64,000 nt of DNA from assembly GCF_000142905.1 (NCBI RefSeq), contig NW_013657661.1:453692-517691 (forward strand), given 5' to 3'. Under the pieces are notes generated by a model. It was not told the origin of the DNA. It was given only the letters and a program-made list of their open reading frames with translations, and did not search any database. The stretch is from Thecamonas trahens ATCC 50062. Its lineage: Eukaryota; Protista; Apusomonadida. Below, piece after piece: positions 11,675 through 23,580 of the stretch; the first letter of the stretch is position 1, and each line of letters begins with the position of its first letter. A program made the translations under genes and the position numbers.

Positions 11675-12194
11675 GTTGTCGCGGTGGTGGTGGTGGTGGT
11701 GGTGGTGGTGGTGGGAGAGAGGAGTGATGGCGAGATTGGGTCGTGGGGGGGGGGGGGGAGGGGGGGAGGGAGGGGGCATGATAAGATCGTGTAGTCTGGG
11801 GGGCTTGTGGGGATGGGGGACGGGGGATGGAGGATGGGGGATGGAGGATATGATAATGTGGTGGTGTGCAAGAGTGTGCAGTGTGTGTGTGAGGGGGCGC
11901 GCATCGATGTGATCGGGCGGAGTGAGAGTGGTGCGTGATTGCGACTCGTGTGAGGTGTCCGAAGGGGGGAGGGGGGAGGGGGGGGGGGGTGATGATCGGG
12001 ACAAGGCGACGATGTGGCATGTGCTCCTTCTGATGTGGTGGCGTGGCATGATCATGGTCGTCTCGCTTGTCGAGCACGTCTCAGGGTGTGGAACCAAGCT
12101 TCCATCCATGGCCAGATCATCATCGGCACGGCTGCGGCAGCTGCAGCCAAGACACTCTCCACGCGCACGCACATTCTTCTCTATCTATCTGCCT

Positions 12195-13139
12195 ATGGCG
12201 TCGATGTCGTCACGGCGGGCGGTGGCCGAGGTGGAAACGACACTGCTGAATGATGGCGGACTGTATGTGGTAGCAGGTCCCTGCTCGACGGCGGGGGAGG
12301 ACGGGCGGCCGGCGAGCTATCCACGCGACGGATTTGTGCGGTTCGTGGCGTACTCGGACACACACAGCCGGGCAGAATGGCTGGCCAAGCCAGATGCAGA
12401 CGTCATGATCCACGGCGGCGATTTTACCATGACGGGCACAAACGCAGAGATCGACGGGTTTGTGGCCTGGTTGAACGAGCTGCCGTACGCCCACAAGATC
12501 GTCATCGCAGGCAACCACGATCTGACGCTCGACATGACGGTCGGCGACGACGGCGTGCCCTACTATGAGCGAGCCTGGCAGCGGTTCCACCGCCTCAATG
12601 GCAAGCAGGACCCAGATGCGGCCCGAAAGGCCGTCATTGAGGCATGCACATACCTCGACGACGAGACAGCTGTCATCCGCCGCCGCGACGCGGACGGTAT
12701 CATCGAGATCGTTCGCCGCACCAGCAGCGACGAAGATGGCGAGGCGGATAGCGAGGGTCTGGTTGTCACAGGCTCGCCGTGGTCGCCCGAGTTCTACGAC
12801 TGGGCGTTCAACGAGAGCCGCGGAGTGCCGATCATGAAGCGATGGAAAAAGGTGCTTCCGCACGATGTCGACGTGCTTGTTACCCACGGCCCACCAGCTG
12901 GCTTTGGCGACATGACTGTGACAGGTGTGGAGGCCGGGTGCGAGGATCTGCTGCGACTGCTCCACAGCGGACGGATTGCGCCTGCTGCTCATGTCTTTGG
13001 CCACATCCACGAGGGCTTTGGCGTCACGACCGAGACCGGTACGTCGTCGCTCGACACCACCTTTATCAACGCCTCCAACTGCACGCTCAAGTACAAGGCG
13101 ACGAATCCGCCGATTGTCTTTGATCTGCCTCTTACATAA
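12195..13139 (+). CDS. Calcineurin-like metallophosphoesterase (MPPED1/2 family)
   Basis: Motifs SDTH, HGGD, IAGNHD, GSPWSP, VTHGPP, FGHIHE and FINAS..NPPIVFDLP. Confidence 0.9.
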   Translation: MASMSSRRAVAEVETTLLNDGGLYVVAGPCSTAGEDGRPASYPRDGFVRFVAYSDTHSRAEWLAKPDADVMIHGGDFTMTGTNAEIDGFVAWLNELPYAHKIVIAGNHDLTLDMTVGDDGVPYYERAWQRFHRLNGKQDPDAARKAVIEACTYLDDETAVIRRRDADGIIEIVRRTSSDEDGEADSEGLVVTGSPWSPEFYDWAFNESRGVPIMKRWKKVLPHDVDVLVTHGPPAGFGDMTVTGVEAGCEDLLRLLHSGRIAPAAHVFGHIHEGFGVTTETGTSSLDTTFINASNCTLKYKATNPPIVFDLPLT

Positions 13140-13275
13140 GCCGTGCACCGTTGTTGACGAGATCGAGCCATTGTCCACCCTTCACGATGATGATGATCGA
13201 TCTGCCCAGACATTACCCCAAAGATGCATAACTGCCGAGCAGTGGTCCCAAACTGGTAGCTGGTCATGGGCGGCT

Positions 13276-13323
13276 GGCGATTGAGCGTGTGGGCGATTGA
13301 GTGTGTGGGCGATTGAGCGTGTG
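13276..13323. repeat. Three tandem 16-bp units GGCGATTGAGYGTGTG upstream of a start codon
   Basis: Units at 13276, 13292 and 13308, ending 66 nt before the ATG at 13390. Confidence 0.85.
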
Positions 13324-13389
13324 GGCGTGTGGGCGAGAGACGGGTGGCGGCGGAACGTGTCGTTCACCGGCACTTCACCCCCTCCCCAC

Positions 13390-15866
13390 ATGTCCTCTGC
13401 GGTACGCCGGATGCCCAGGCCCCACGAGGACCACAACGACCAGCCATAGGCCACCGTCGCTTACAAACACACTCTACTCACATGCTAGCCTCCTTAGATA
13501 CGTCGTAAACGACCGGGTTCGGGCAAACGGTTGGAACCGCTGGCGGGCGGAGTCGGTGGCCGAGTTGGCGGTGCCGATGGCGGTGCTGGCGGGCTTGGAC
13601 GGCCACTGGGGAGAGAGTCTCTGGTGCTGGGACGGGATGATGGTTGGGCAGACGGGCTGGAGAGGCGTGAGTCACTAGCGTCTCTCCGATCGGATGGAAG
13701 GGCTTCGGTGGCGAATCCTGGCCGTCCGCTGGAGGCCATCGCCGGCAGTGATGGCGGCAGTTGCGGGAGATCGGTTACCTCGCTTGGCATTCGTTCGGAC
13801 ACTGCTGTCCGCGAGCTGGGCAGGCGAGAGGCAGGAGTTGATGGTCGGCGAGGGGCAGGCCGGGCGGAGGACGAGCGCGATGAGGTCGAGTTCATGCCGC
13901 GTCTGAGGCACGCAGTGGGCGACGAGGGCAAGGTGGGCAGCCGGGATCGGTCAACCAGCCCGCGTCGTAGGCCCTTGCCTCGCCACCGCGGAAGCCGCCG
14001 GTCCTCGCATCGCCATCGCGCACGAAGACGGCACCAGTCGCGCCACCATCGCGCAAGAAGACACCGGCGGGGCGGGCACGGGAGGAGTCAGCGGAGGAGG
14101 CACCATCGGCGGGCATCGTACTCGGGTTACTCTGACTACTCGGGCGGGTACTCGTATACCAGCTACGGATACAGCTACAGCTATTCAGATTCGCTGCGAC
14201 GGCGAAGGCGGCCGCGGCGGGGAGGCAAGGGCGAGCGGCGAAAGGACAAAGAGGCGCGAGGCGACCGGGTGGCGGAAGGAGGATCGGCTGCAGCATTAGC
14301 GCCCGCAGCCGCCCCAAGCGGCAGCTTTTTTTTGGCGAGTATGTTGTCAACCGGCAGGCGGCGTACGCGTTTGTCAACGAGCTCATCGACGAGTTTCTGG
14401 AGGACGAGATTGTGCCGGACTTGCTCATCGACGTGCTCTCGCAGCCGGATGCCGAGTTTGAGGTTGGGTCGGAGCAGACCCGTGTCGAGGCTTGGCTTGT
14501 TGACGAGGTGGTGGCATTGGTGGTGCCGGCGCTGGCCAAGCAGGTGGCGCTCGAGTGCACCGACGAGCTCGTCAAGCACTACTTTATCAACAAGGCTGCT
14601 GCGCTGCCGGATCCACACGAGGTCATTGTTGGTGACGTCATCGAGGCGTATGTTGTGGCCGAGGCTGCCGCTGTGGTCGACGAGGCTGTTGCCGAGCTTG
14701 TGACCGAGCTGCTGACCGAGTCGCGAGTGAGCGACGCAGCCGACGCCATCATTGACGAAGTTGTAGCACCGATGCTGGGCGACATTGTGCGAGCGGCGAT
14801 CCTTGACAACGCCGTCGATGGCGTCGGTGCCGAGCTGTACGACGAGCAGCTCGCAGCCTTTATTGAGCTTGTGGCCGAGGAAGAGTATGCCGCGGCACAG
14901 GGGCTCGAGATGGCCTCGGGCCAGCGTCTGGAGTTTCTGCAGGTCTCGGACGTGGCGTCGTCCAAGCTCCTTGACGAGCTTATCATCAGCCATCTGCTCA
15001 ACGTGATCGGTGACGGCGCTGAGATGGCGCTTGTCGACGAGTACCTCGACCGGACACTCAACCAGATGATGGCGCGGACGCTGCTGGTGCGGACCGCGGA
15101 CATTGTCGACGCGCGCGAAGAGGTGACCGACAATGTGTTTCTCGCCACCGTCCACGACATGCTCACCACCGACATGGCCATCGCCTTTGTCGTCGACCGG
15201 ATGAAGGCCCTGGTTCCGTCGGCGGCCGCGGTACAATTTGAGCGCGAGGCCGCCGCCATGGAGGCGCGCGCGGGCCGGGATGGCTCGTCCACCCGCCGTG
15301 CTGAGCTCGACCGCAACGCCCGTATGTCCGAGCTCCGTCGCTGGCTGAGTCGCAACAACTACGACACGCCGTCGACACCGTCGACCCACGACGGCCGCGC
15401 TAAGATGGTGGCCGACGCAGAGGCTGCCAGCCAAATGCTCGCTGTCGCGCACACTCTCGCCCTCTCGACCGGCTCCAGCGGGCTGCAGCGCGAGCCACCG
15501 CCACACCCGCACGCGCTCCCGCGGCCCGAGCACGAAACCGTAGTCGAGATCGAGGCCGACGAGCTGGACGAGCTTGAGAACGGCGAGATCGAGTATGTCC
15601 ACGACGCGCAGCCGGAGCCAGAAGCCGAGCCGGTACCCGAGCCCGAGCTAGAGGCCGAGCCGGAACCCAAGCCGGAGCCTGAGCCCGAGCCTCAGCCCGA
15701 GGCACAGCCCGATGCCCAGCTCCCATCCCCAGCCCCGGCCACAGCTCCAGCGCAAGCTCAACTCCCAACTCGGGCTGGGGCTCTACCGCAAGACGAGGGG
15801 TTTGATGGCGAGTATGAGTATGCGTACGAGTACGAGTACGACGACGCCGGGCCGCTGGCGCCCTAA
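13390..15866 (+). CDS. Hypothetical protein (Arg/His-rich N-terminus, acidic helical core, PE-repeat tail); intron 13402-13497, apparent 1-nt deletion at 14312-14315
   Basis: ATG TCC TCT GCG|GTACGC...CCTTAG|ATA joins ORF 13531 in frame. Adding a C links it to PKRQLFFGEYVVNRQ and ORF 14412-15866. Confidence 0.65.
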
Positions 15867-15885
15867 CACAAGAGAGCTTAAAGAT

Positions 15886-18408
15886 TTACAGTGTGGACTG
15901 TCCGCGCAGCCAGGGATGGAGGGCGACGTCCGAGATGGTGAACCGGTGGGCCTCATTGACGACAAGCATGTTGGACATGAGGTCGCGGAGGGCGGGTGAC
16001 CACTTGGGCGGGAGGTAGTACGAGCCGGCGACGATGGCCTGCGGGGTCTCGAAAGGCATCTGGCCCTCCATCAAGAGGTAGAGGAGGACGCCGAGCGACC
16101 AGATGTCGGCGCGCTGGTCGTAGGGCGTGTGGAGGAAGCATGCCGGGGAGGCGTAGAACGGCGTGCCACACCACGACGAGAGGAGCTGGCCGGACTCGAT
16201 GGTGGTGGCAAAGCCAAAGTCGACGAGTTTGACGTCGCCGGCCGAGTTGACCATGACGTTGTCGAGCTTGATGTCGCGGTGGACAATGTTGTTGCGGTGC
16301 AGATAGTGGATGGCCTGGACGATGGGGATGAGCAATCTACGGGCTTCGTCCTCGGTCAGGCCGGGCTCGAGTGGGTTGTCGTAGTGCCAAAGGTGGACGA
16401 GGTCCGAGCCGTCGATGTACTCCATGACGAGGTAGAGCCTTGTCTCGGTCTCGACCACGTCAAAGAGCTTGACAACGTTCTCATGGTCGCACACTTTGAG
16501 CAGGGCAATTTCGTTGTGGAGGCGGATGAGGTCGATCGAGTCGGGCTCGAGCTTGTCGGTCCGCACAATCTTGATGGCGCGGAGCTCACCGGTGGCCTTG
16601 ACAGTGGCGAGGCGGACTTCGCCGGACGAGCCCTTGCCGAGCAGGCGCGAGAACGAGTACTTGGCGAGCGCCGGGTGCGAGACCTCGATGGTCGCTTCCT
16701 CGCCTGCGGCACGCCAAACGTCGTTGGCGTCGGGCGGCGACGACGACGACGGCGACTCTCCGCCGGAGCGGACGTCGGCTGGATCGATCCAAGGTGTGAA
16801 AAAGGCGGAGAACATGCGGGTGGAGCGGTCGACCGAGGCTACGGAGCGGTCAGAGGCCTCGCCCCCGGCCGAGGCCAGCGAGTCGACGTGCGAGTCGGCC
16901 GAGCTCGAGCTCGAGCGGACGAGCTCAAGCGGAAAGTAGTCGTCGATGGTGAGGCAGACAACAAACTCGGAGCCGTCCTTGTGATACGAGACGAGCCGGC
17001 GCGAGCCGAGCTTGAGTCGTTGCATCTCCGACTCAAACTCGGCGAGACTCTTGGCCATGGCCTCGAAGCTTGCAGTCGACATCTCGTACGACCGCATGTC
17101 GCCGAGGAGTTTGGAGACGTGGTGGCCGACGAGCTCGCGTGACTCGTAGCCGTACATGAGTCGGAACGAGGGGGTGACCGACTTGATTATGCCCGACGAG
17201 TCAAAAGTCATCATACACTCCATGTCTTCGACACGGTCAATGAGAGCCTCAAACCGCTGGCCGTCATCGGTCCGCAGCTCCTTGACACGGAGCGAGATGG
17301 GGAAGAGCAGACCGTTCTTGTGGAGACCGGGGACGTGGCGGACTTTGTCGAGCACTTTCTTGACGCCGGTCTCGATGTAGGAGGTCAGGAAACCGTCGTG
17401 GGCCGACGAGTACGGCTCGGGCATGAGCTTCTTGACGTTGAAGCCCTCAAGCTCGAGCTTGGAGTAGCCAAAGATGTCGGTCATCGAGTTGTTGACGTAG
17501 GTGATGATACCCGAGGTGTCGATGACGGTGTGGCCCGTCGGCGTGTCGTCATGCTCGACAAGCGCCACATACAGCGGGGCGCCCTCTGTGGTTGTCAGCT
17601 CGGTGACATGCAGCAGCATGTTGAACGTGTGGCCCTTGAGGTGCAGACCCTCGACCCGGCGAGTGATGCCAATGGCTCGGTTCGCGCCGCGCTCTTCGTG
17701 GCGACGGATAAAAGTGTGGTGCTGCTCGGCAAAATGCACCGGCATCAACACCTCGAGCCGCTCGCCTGCAAGCTCGTCCGACTTCCAGCCAAACATCCGC
17801 GCCGCGTACGGGTTCGCCGACCGGATGATCGAGTCGGACGTGGCAGTGATGACGCCCTGGAAGCCTTGCTGGATGGTCATGGTCTTGGAGATGCTCATGG
17901 CTGCCGCGCGCGACTTGGCCACCCGCCGTGAGACCGAGTTGTGCGACTTTTTCTTCTTGTGATGCCGGCGGCGCGACCGCTGCTTGCTCGCACCAGCGGC
18001 ACACGCAGCTCCAGCCTCGGGCTCAAGCGGCGGCGAGACGGGCATGCCACCATGCCCAGCCACCGGGCACCCGCCACTACTGGCAGCGGTGGCTGACGCC
18101 GGAGCTGCGGTGGCACGACCACTGTAGCCACCAGAGTCATTGCCCTTGGACCGCTTCACGTCTTCCGAGTGGATGCTAGCGATGGTGTCTTCGGACGGGG
18201 CACGCTTTGCCGGGCACACCGATGATGATGAGGGTGAGCTGGTGCCGGCTGTACCGACCGAGCCCATGGTGACCGGCGAGGTCGAGTTTGGCGAGGCAAC
18301 GCTCGAGCCGATCTGTGGCGTCTGTCCCGAGACAGACATCGAGCACTGACCCGATGCGGAGATCGATGACGACCTCGAGTAGTACGGCGTCTGAGCCCTC
18401 CCGGCCAT
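15886..18408 (-). CDS. Three-PAS-domain Ser/Thr protein kinase (CAMK group, AMPK/MARK/SIK-like catalytic domain)
   Basis: PAS repeats (ANPYAARMFGWKSDELAG, VNNSMTDIFGYSKLELEG, VTPSFRLMYGYESRELVG). Kinase motifs GKGSSG, AIK, HRDIKLDN, DFG, WCGTPFY and DIWSLG. Start codon uncertain. Confidence 0.9.
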   Translation of the reverse strand: MAGRAQTPYYSRSSSISASGQCSMSVSGQTPQIGSSVASPNSTSPVTMGSVGTAGTSSPSSSSVCPAKRAPSEDTIASIHSEDVKRSKGNDSGGYSGRATAAPASATAASSGGCPVAGHGGMPVSPPLEPEAGAACAAGASKQRSRRRHHKKKKSHNSVSRRVAKSRAAAMSISKTMTIQQGFQGVITATSDSIIRSANPYAARMFGWKSDELAGERLEVLMPVHFAEQHHTFIRRHEERGANRAIGITRRVEGLHLKGHTFNMLLHVTELTTTEGAPLYVALVEHDDTPTGHTVIDTSGIITYVNNSMTDIFGYSKLELEGFNVKKLMPEPYSSAHDGFLTSYIETGVKKVLDKVRHVPGLHKNGLLFPISLRVKELRTDDGQRFEALIDRVEDMECMMTFDSSGIIKSVTPSFRLMYGYESRELVGHHVSKLLGDMRSYEMSTASFEAMAKSLAEFESEMQRLKLGSRRLVSYHKDGSEFVVCLTIDDYFPLELVRSSSSSADSHVDSLASAGGEASDRSVASVDRSTRMFSAFFTPWIDPADVRSGGESPSSSSPPDANDVWRAAGEEATIEVSHPALAKYSFSRLLGKGSSGEVRLATVKATGELRAIKIVRTDKLEPDSIDLIRLHNEIALLKVCDHENVVKLFDVVETETRLYLVMEYIDGSDLVHLWHYDNPLEPGLTEDEARRLLIPIVQAIHYLHRNNIVHRDIKLDNVMVNSAGDVKLVDFGFATTIESGQLLSSWCGTPFYASPACFLHTPYDQRADIWSLGVLLYLLMEGQMPFETPQAIVAGSYYLPPKWSPALRDLMSNMLVVNEAHRFTISDVALHPWLRGQSTL

Positions 18409-19414
18409 GATCACCAGATCATTCTCCGGGACTTGGACCGGTTGACTGGCACCTTTTGCGGGACGCTGCGCCCTGGCAGCTTTTTTTGAATGATGTTGCC
18501 CTAGTGATCGGTGTCCCCCGCACGACACGACGAGAGCAGGGAGTGCGTGAGTCTGGAAGGTCTCTCTGGCACCTCTGCTGCCACTGTCCCCCCCCCCCCC
18601 CCCCCCCCCCCTTCCTTTCGCTGTCACGGTCGGGAGCGGGTGGGTGGGGAGGGGTAGCAGGAGCGTGGGGGGAGGGCACGACGCTGTGAACGTGTCCTGC
18701 CCGCTGGCAGGGAACACGTCAGAGGAAGCAACAAGCGTAGCGCATGACGTACCCATTACAGCGTGAAGGACGGGAAGACGGTGCAAGAAGTAGAAGGGGT
18801 GGGGTGGAGGTGGCGAGGGTGGTGGTTGGAGGGGAGAGGGAGGGGAAGTGCGGTGTGGGTGAGGTGAGGTGGTGCGTCGAGGGGGACGAAGCGGAGGGGG
18901 ACGGGTGGACGGAGGGTGGTGGGAGGCGTGACCAGATCCATGCTTCGACAACGTCGCAAATGATCAACCTGGTCAGTATGGGCAAACGATTAAGGGAACG
19001 AAAAACAATAGTGAAATTTCCCCAGGGAGGGGGTTGTTGATGCGATGGGCGCAGGATTAGCACGCTAAAGTCGCATCAGTGCAGGGGAGGGAGAGGTGCA
19101 GATAGGGACTTGGAGTATGCTGTGCGTATTGTGTGTGGGGTGATTGGGAGAAGATAGAGGGCTTGCTTGGGAGGATGTAGTGATACTGGTGATGGATGAG
19201 CGCATTGTTCAGGAATAATTCCCCGCCATCGGCAATGCTCTGGTCATTGTCTCGCCTTTGATTGATCCCACCAAACGGCATATCGTCCTTAATTGGTGCC
19301 GCTTCAGTTTGGATGGGCTGTCAACACGCTGCGATGACTGCCGGCGGCTGGCGGCTGGCGGCTAGAGGCTGGTGCTTCGAGGCACCGGTCGCGTGTGGGA
19401 GAGGCAGAAACGAC

Positions 19415-21022
19415 ATGGCTGACGACGGGGCGCCGTTTCTTGGAACCCGGCTGCGGAGTGCAGGCAGCAGGGTGCTGGGCAAGGGCAAGGGCTGGGGGAA
19501 GAAGCGTGGCCAGGCGTCGAGCTCGACCTTTGTCCCGCTGAGTTACTCGTCGTCGCGGGGCAACAAGGCGCCACGGATCCAGCTCGGGCTCAACGATCTG
19601 ATGGACGAGGAGGACAAGCTGCATGAAGTGATGAAGAGCCAGGCTCGGGCGGCGGGGGTGCGGAAGCGAGTGCTGGGCGGAGAGAGTGTCGGGCAGGCGG
19701 GGAACGGACTGGATCGGACGGACGCACGGGGCGCGCATGGAGTCGGCTACACGGCTGATGGCACAAGCGCGAGCGGCGACGATCCGCTTGTACTCTTGCG
19801 GCGGCATCAAGGCCCGAGTCTTCCAGCTGGGCTTGTCCGCGAGAGTGCCACGGGCGGAGGGTCTGCGGCGATCGAGCTACCGGCGGGGACGCCGCTAGCG
19901 CCTCCGGCACCGGCGGGCTATGTCCCGCGCCATGTGTTTGCCGCTGATGGCGCCGTGGCTGGTAGCTGTGCGAGGAATGAGGTGCGGCCGTCAGCGCCGC
20001 AGCTCGTGGTGGAACGGGCATCGGGCGAGCACGCACCGTTTGCGGCACAGCCTGCGGTGCAGGCACGGTATGAGGCGTGGAGGGCAGGCGGCGAGGCGGC
20101 GGTCACGTTTCCACCAAGCTATACCCGGCACGACATCCGGCACGAGCTGGCGCAGTTTGTGGGCGCGGAGTCGTTCTTTACCCCGCTGGCAATGCCGGTG
20201 GCATCTCGGTTTGCGCGAGCAAGCGGGCCGGGCGACGCGGCGCCTGCGCGGGGTGGCACCAGGCGCGGGCGCCGGATCGAGACCTGGACGCCGCACCCGC
20301 TGCTGCTGAAACGGTGCGGCTTCCCGCGCGACAAGGACGCGCCGCGGATGGACAAGAGTGCTGCGAAGGCGTTGTCACGACTTGGGACCCACGCGGCGTC
20401 TGACACAAGCGTGTCGCTAGCCGATCTCACCGGGGTCGCGGGCGTCGAGAGAGAGGAGCCACAGGGAGTTGCCCACGTGCCTGAGCCCGAGCCTGAGCTG
20501 CTCGCCGCTGCCGATCCGGTGCTCCTTGCCGCGGTCTTTGCTGGCGAAGCCGCTGACGCTGCAAGCGCAGCAGTACTCTCGGCAACCGCGGCTGCCGCCG
20601 ATCTCGAGCTGGACGCAATTTGCGTGGCGCTCCCACCGGTGCAGCGGGTGGCGGTCGGCGAGGCGGCCGAGGAGAGCAGCGAGTGGAAGCGGCAGAAGGG
20701 GCTGTCCGAGGCGAACATGGATGGCGAGGATGCGAGGTCGACCACAAGTGGCAGCGCGAGCGGGTGCGAGAGTAGCAGTGGCGGACGGCGGGAGCGGAAG
20801 CGGCGGGAGCGACGACGAGAGCGGCATTCTGGGCGTCGGCGTCGGAGGCGGCGGTCATCCGACGAGCGGGGATCGCGGCGGCGGCGGCACGAGCACAGCA
20901 GCCGTCGTCATCACTCCCGCCACCGATCCCGTCACCGCACCCGCCACTCCCGCCATCGAGGCGGCAGCTGCAGCGGGAGTGCAAGTCGGAGTGGAAGTCG
21001 TCAGAGGCGGCATCGACGCTGA
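19415..21022 (+). CDS. GPATCH1: Divergent GPATCH1/TOUGH-like splicing factor with RS/RH-rich tail
   Basis: YSSSR....NDLMDEED, PFAAQPAVQARYEAW, PVASRFARA and ETWTPHPLLLKRCG resemble conserved GPATCH1 blocks. No clear G-patch seen. Confidence 0.6.
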   Translation: MADDGAPFLGTRLRSAGSRVLGKGKGWGKKRGQASSSTFVPLSYSSSRGNKAPRIQLGLNDLMDEEDKLHEVMKSQARAAGVRKRVLGGESVGQAGNGLDRTDARGAHGVGYTADGTSASGDDPLVLLRRHQGPSLPAGLVRESATGGGSAAIELPAGTPLAPPAPAGYVPRHVFAADGAVAGSCARNEVRPSAPQLVVERASGEHAPFAAQPAVQARYEAWRAGGEAAVTFPPSYTRHDIRHELAQFVGAESFFTPLAMPVASRFARASGPGDAAPARGGTRRGRRIETWTPHPLLLKRCGFPRDKDAPRMDKSAAKALSRLGTHAASDTSVSLADLTGVAGVEREEPQGVAHVPEPEPELLAAADPVLLAAVFAGEAADAASAAVLSATAAAADLELDAICVALPPVQRVAVGEAAEESSEWKRQKGLSEANMDGEDARSTTSGSASGCESSSGGRRERKRRERRRERHSGRRRRRRRSSDERGSRRRRHEHSSRRHHSRHRSRHRTRHSRHRGGSCSGSASRSGSRQRRHRR

Positions 21023-21042
21023 CGGGCTGAGTTTCAAAGCGC

Positions 21043-23219
21043 TCACCAGATTGGAGAGATGTCTGGGAGGCTGTGGCGGAGCACCCAGGCGCGAAGTGAC
21101 CACCCGTAGCCCGAAGCAGCGGCGCCGACAAATGCGGATGCGGCGGCGAGAGCGGCGACGGCGAGCGGAGGGTGAGCGAGGACGGCGAGAGCGGCGTTGA
21201 TGGCGGCAAACGAGCCCGAGTTGAGGCCGACGACAACGAGGTTGGTGGTGTTAAAGTACCGGACGCCGCGGTAGCCAAAGCCGGAGACGAGAAAGGCAAA
21301 GTGGAAGATGACGCCGTAGCCGCCGGCATGGGCCTCGGCGGCGCCAAAGTCACAGGGCGTGGCGAGCGCGGCGTTGATGAACGCGACGACACAAAAGAGC
21401 GCGAGGAGCGCATAGAGAAGCGCAAGACCGACGCCGCGGCGGCGCACAACGGCAGCTGCCGGCACAGGAGCCGCATCCAGCATGGCCTGGCCCTCGTCCT
21501 CGGTGTAGGTTGTTGGGGTGTTTGCGGCCGGAAGCGCAATGGCGAGCGCCGACAACGGATCCGGGCCAGGCGGCGCGTCCGAGTCCGAGCTCGAGTAGTC
21601 GAGAAGAGCGACGAGAGCCTCGCGCTCGCGAGCTGGCTGGTCCGATGCCGGCGAGAGGTCAAGGAAGAAGAAGGCGAGACCAAGACCGGCAGCAAGAGCA
21701 CCGCGGAGGGCGACAAAGGCGGTGGCGAAGCGGAACCAGAGCTCGCTGCGAGTCGGCCACGAGATAAGCATGGATGTCGCTTGCGAGATCGAGACCAGCG
21801 CAAGAAGCCCAGCGAGGCAGTAGTGCAGCCGGCGACGGTTGGCAAAGACGCTCTGCGACTCGGCAATCTTGAAGAACTGCAGGTGGTAGAGGGCGACGGC
21901 ATGGATGGCAAAGTTGAGGGCGAGGGCGAGGCCCTGCGGGGCTGCCCCAGCTCGAGCGCCAGCAAGAACAATGGCGATGCACTCGCCCTGCCATAGGCCG
22001 AAAAGCAAGGTTGCGGCCAAGCCCGCCAGCGCGGTGCGCCATGCAGGGCGATGGAGCTTGGCAGATGCCAGCGCGCGTGCCATTGTCAGCAGTGACCGCC
22101 CGCGGACAACGTCAGTGCCAGGCCCGACGACGGTGTGCGGGACAGATGCCTGAGTAAAGCGGCAGATAACGGCGGCACGGAGGGCAACACATCGCCAGGT
22201 GGCGACGGCGTTAATAACAACTCGCAGGCCGAGTGCACATGCGTTGAGAGCTAATACTCGGTCACAGCGGGAAGGAGTGGCGACGGCAGCATGGACAGTT
22301 GCGGCAAGCTGGACGGCGTAGTAGGCGGTAAAGAGCCCGTTGGCAAAGCTAAAGACCTGCAGCAGTGCGGGCCGTAGCGCGGTGACAGCGTGGCAGCCTT
22401 GCGAGAGGACGATGGCCTTGTGGATGGCGCCGTTGTAGCCCTCGACTAGAGCACGGAGCGCGAGCTCAAAGGCCCAGGGTGAGGAAGCAGCCGATGCGAG
22501 CGCCATTGCCGAGGCTGGGCCGACGATGCGGGCCACAAGCGGAGTGGCGAGAATCTCGACGACGTACCATGCGGACTGCAGACCGACCGCCAGGCGGGCC
22601 TGGCGCGCAAGAGCAAGTAGCTGCGGCGGGGCAGTCTGTAGGGCGGAAGCAACCGCAAGATCGCGCTCCGACTCGTGGTCGGGCGGGCTGATGACGTTGC
22701 GGATGCGGAGAGCTTGGGTGAGGCATGTAGTGGCGAGGCTCACATGCGCCACAGTTACAAAGAGCGCCGGCAGCCAGCCGGGGCAACCGTAAGCAAAGGG
22801 GCCGATGAGCAGGTCTGCGAGCGAGGCCCATGCAGCAGCAGTGACAAACGCGTGGCCAACTACCTGCATCCACCAGTAGTGCAGCCGTCGCGAGTGGTAA
22901 AACAGCGATGCGACGCCGACAACAAAGACAGCATGCATGGCATTGACGTAAACAAGGACGTCAAGATGAAAGAAAGCAAAGAGCGACGGAATGGGAGACA
23001 TAGGCGATGGCGATGGCGATGGCGATGGCGTTGAGGGCGGGAAGAACATCCTTGGTGCCGCCAGTAGCACACAATGGATGATAAACGAGAGAGTGACAAG
23101 AAAGTTCCATCGGAGAAAGGCCATCGACTGGCGCGAGGCTTGTGAGAGCTGTCGCGCGGTGAACGCAGCAATGGCGGGATCGGTGGCGGCGTCGTTGGTG
23201 ATGGCGGCGGCGGCGTCGT

Positions 23220-23252
<33 letters not shown>

Positions 23253-23409
23253 TGGCGGTGGCGGTGGCGCGGCGGCGCTTAGCCTGGACCGAGTCGTAGA
23301 TAGCAAAGGTGAAGAAGGCGGTGGCGGCGGCAGTGGCGTAGGGCACGAGCAGGTAGACCCAGCCCCACCATGGTGTTGGAGATGCTCCGAGGACGGTAGG
23401 TCCGTCCAT
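21043..23409 (-). CDS. Multi-pass membrane protein of unknown function
   Basis: 788-aa ORF with more than 12 hydrophobic helices and a C-rich leader before the ATG. No family recognised. Confidence 0.75.
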
Positions 23410-23580
23410 GGGTGGTTGTGAGGGCGGGAGAGGGGGGGGACGGGGGAGGGGGGGGGGGCGACAGGTGGCAGGGGTCTGTGTCTGGGGAGGGAGGGAGGGA
23501 AGAGGCGGGGGAGGGGGATGTAGCCATGGGTGTAATTACAATCATGGGTAATGTTGCTGGCCAGGCGGGATAGATGATGG

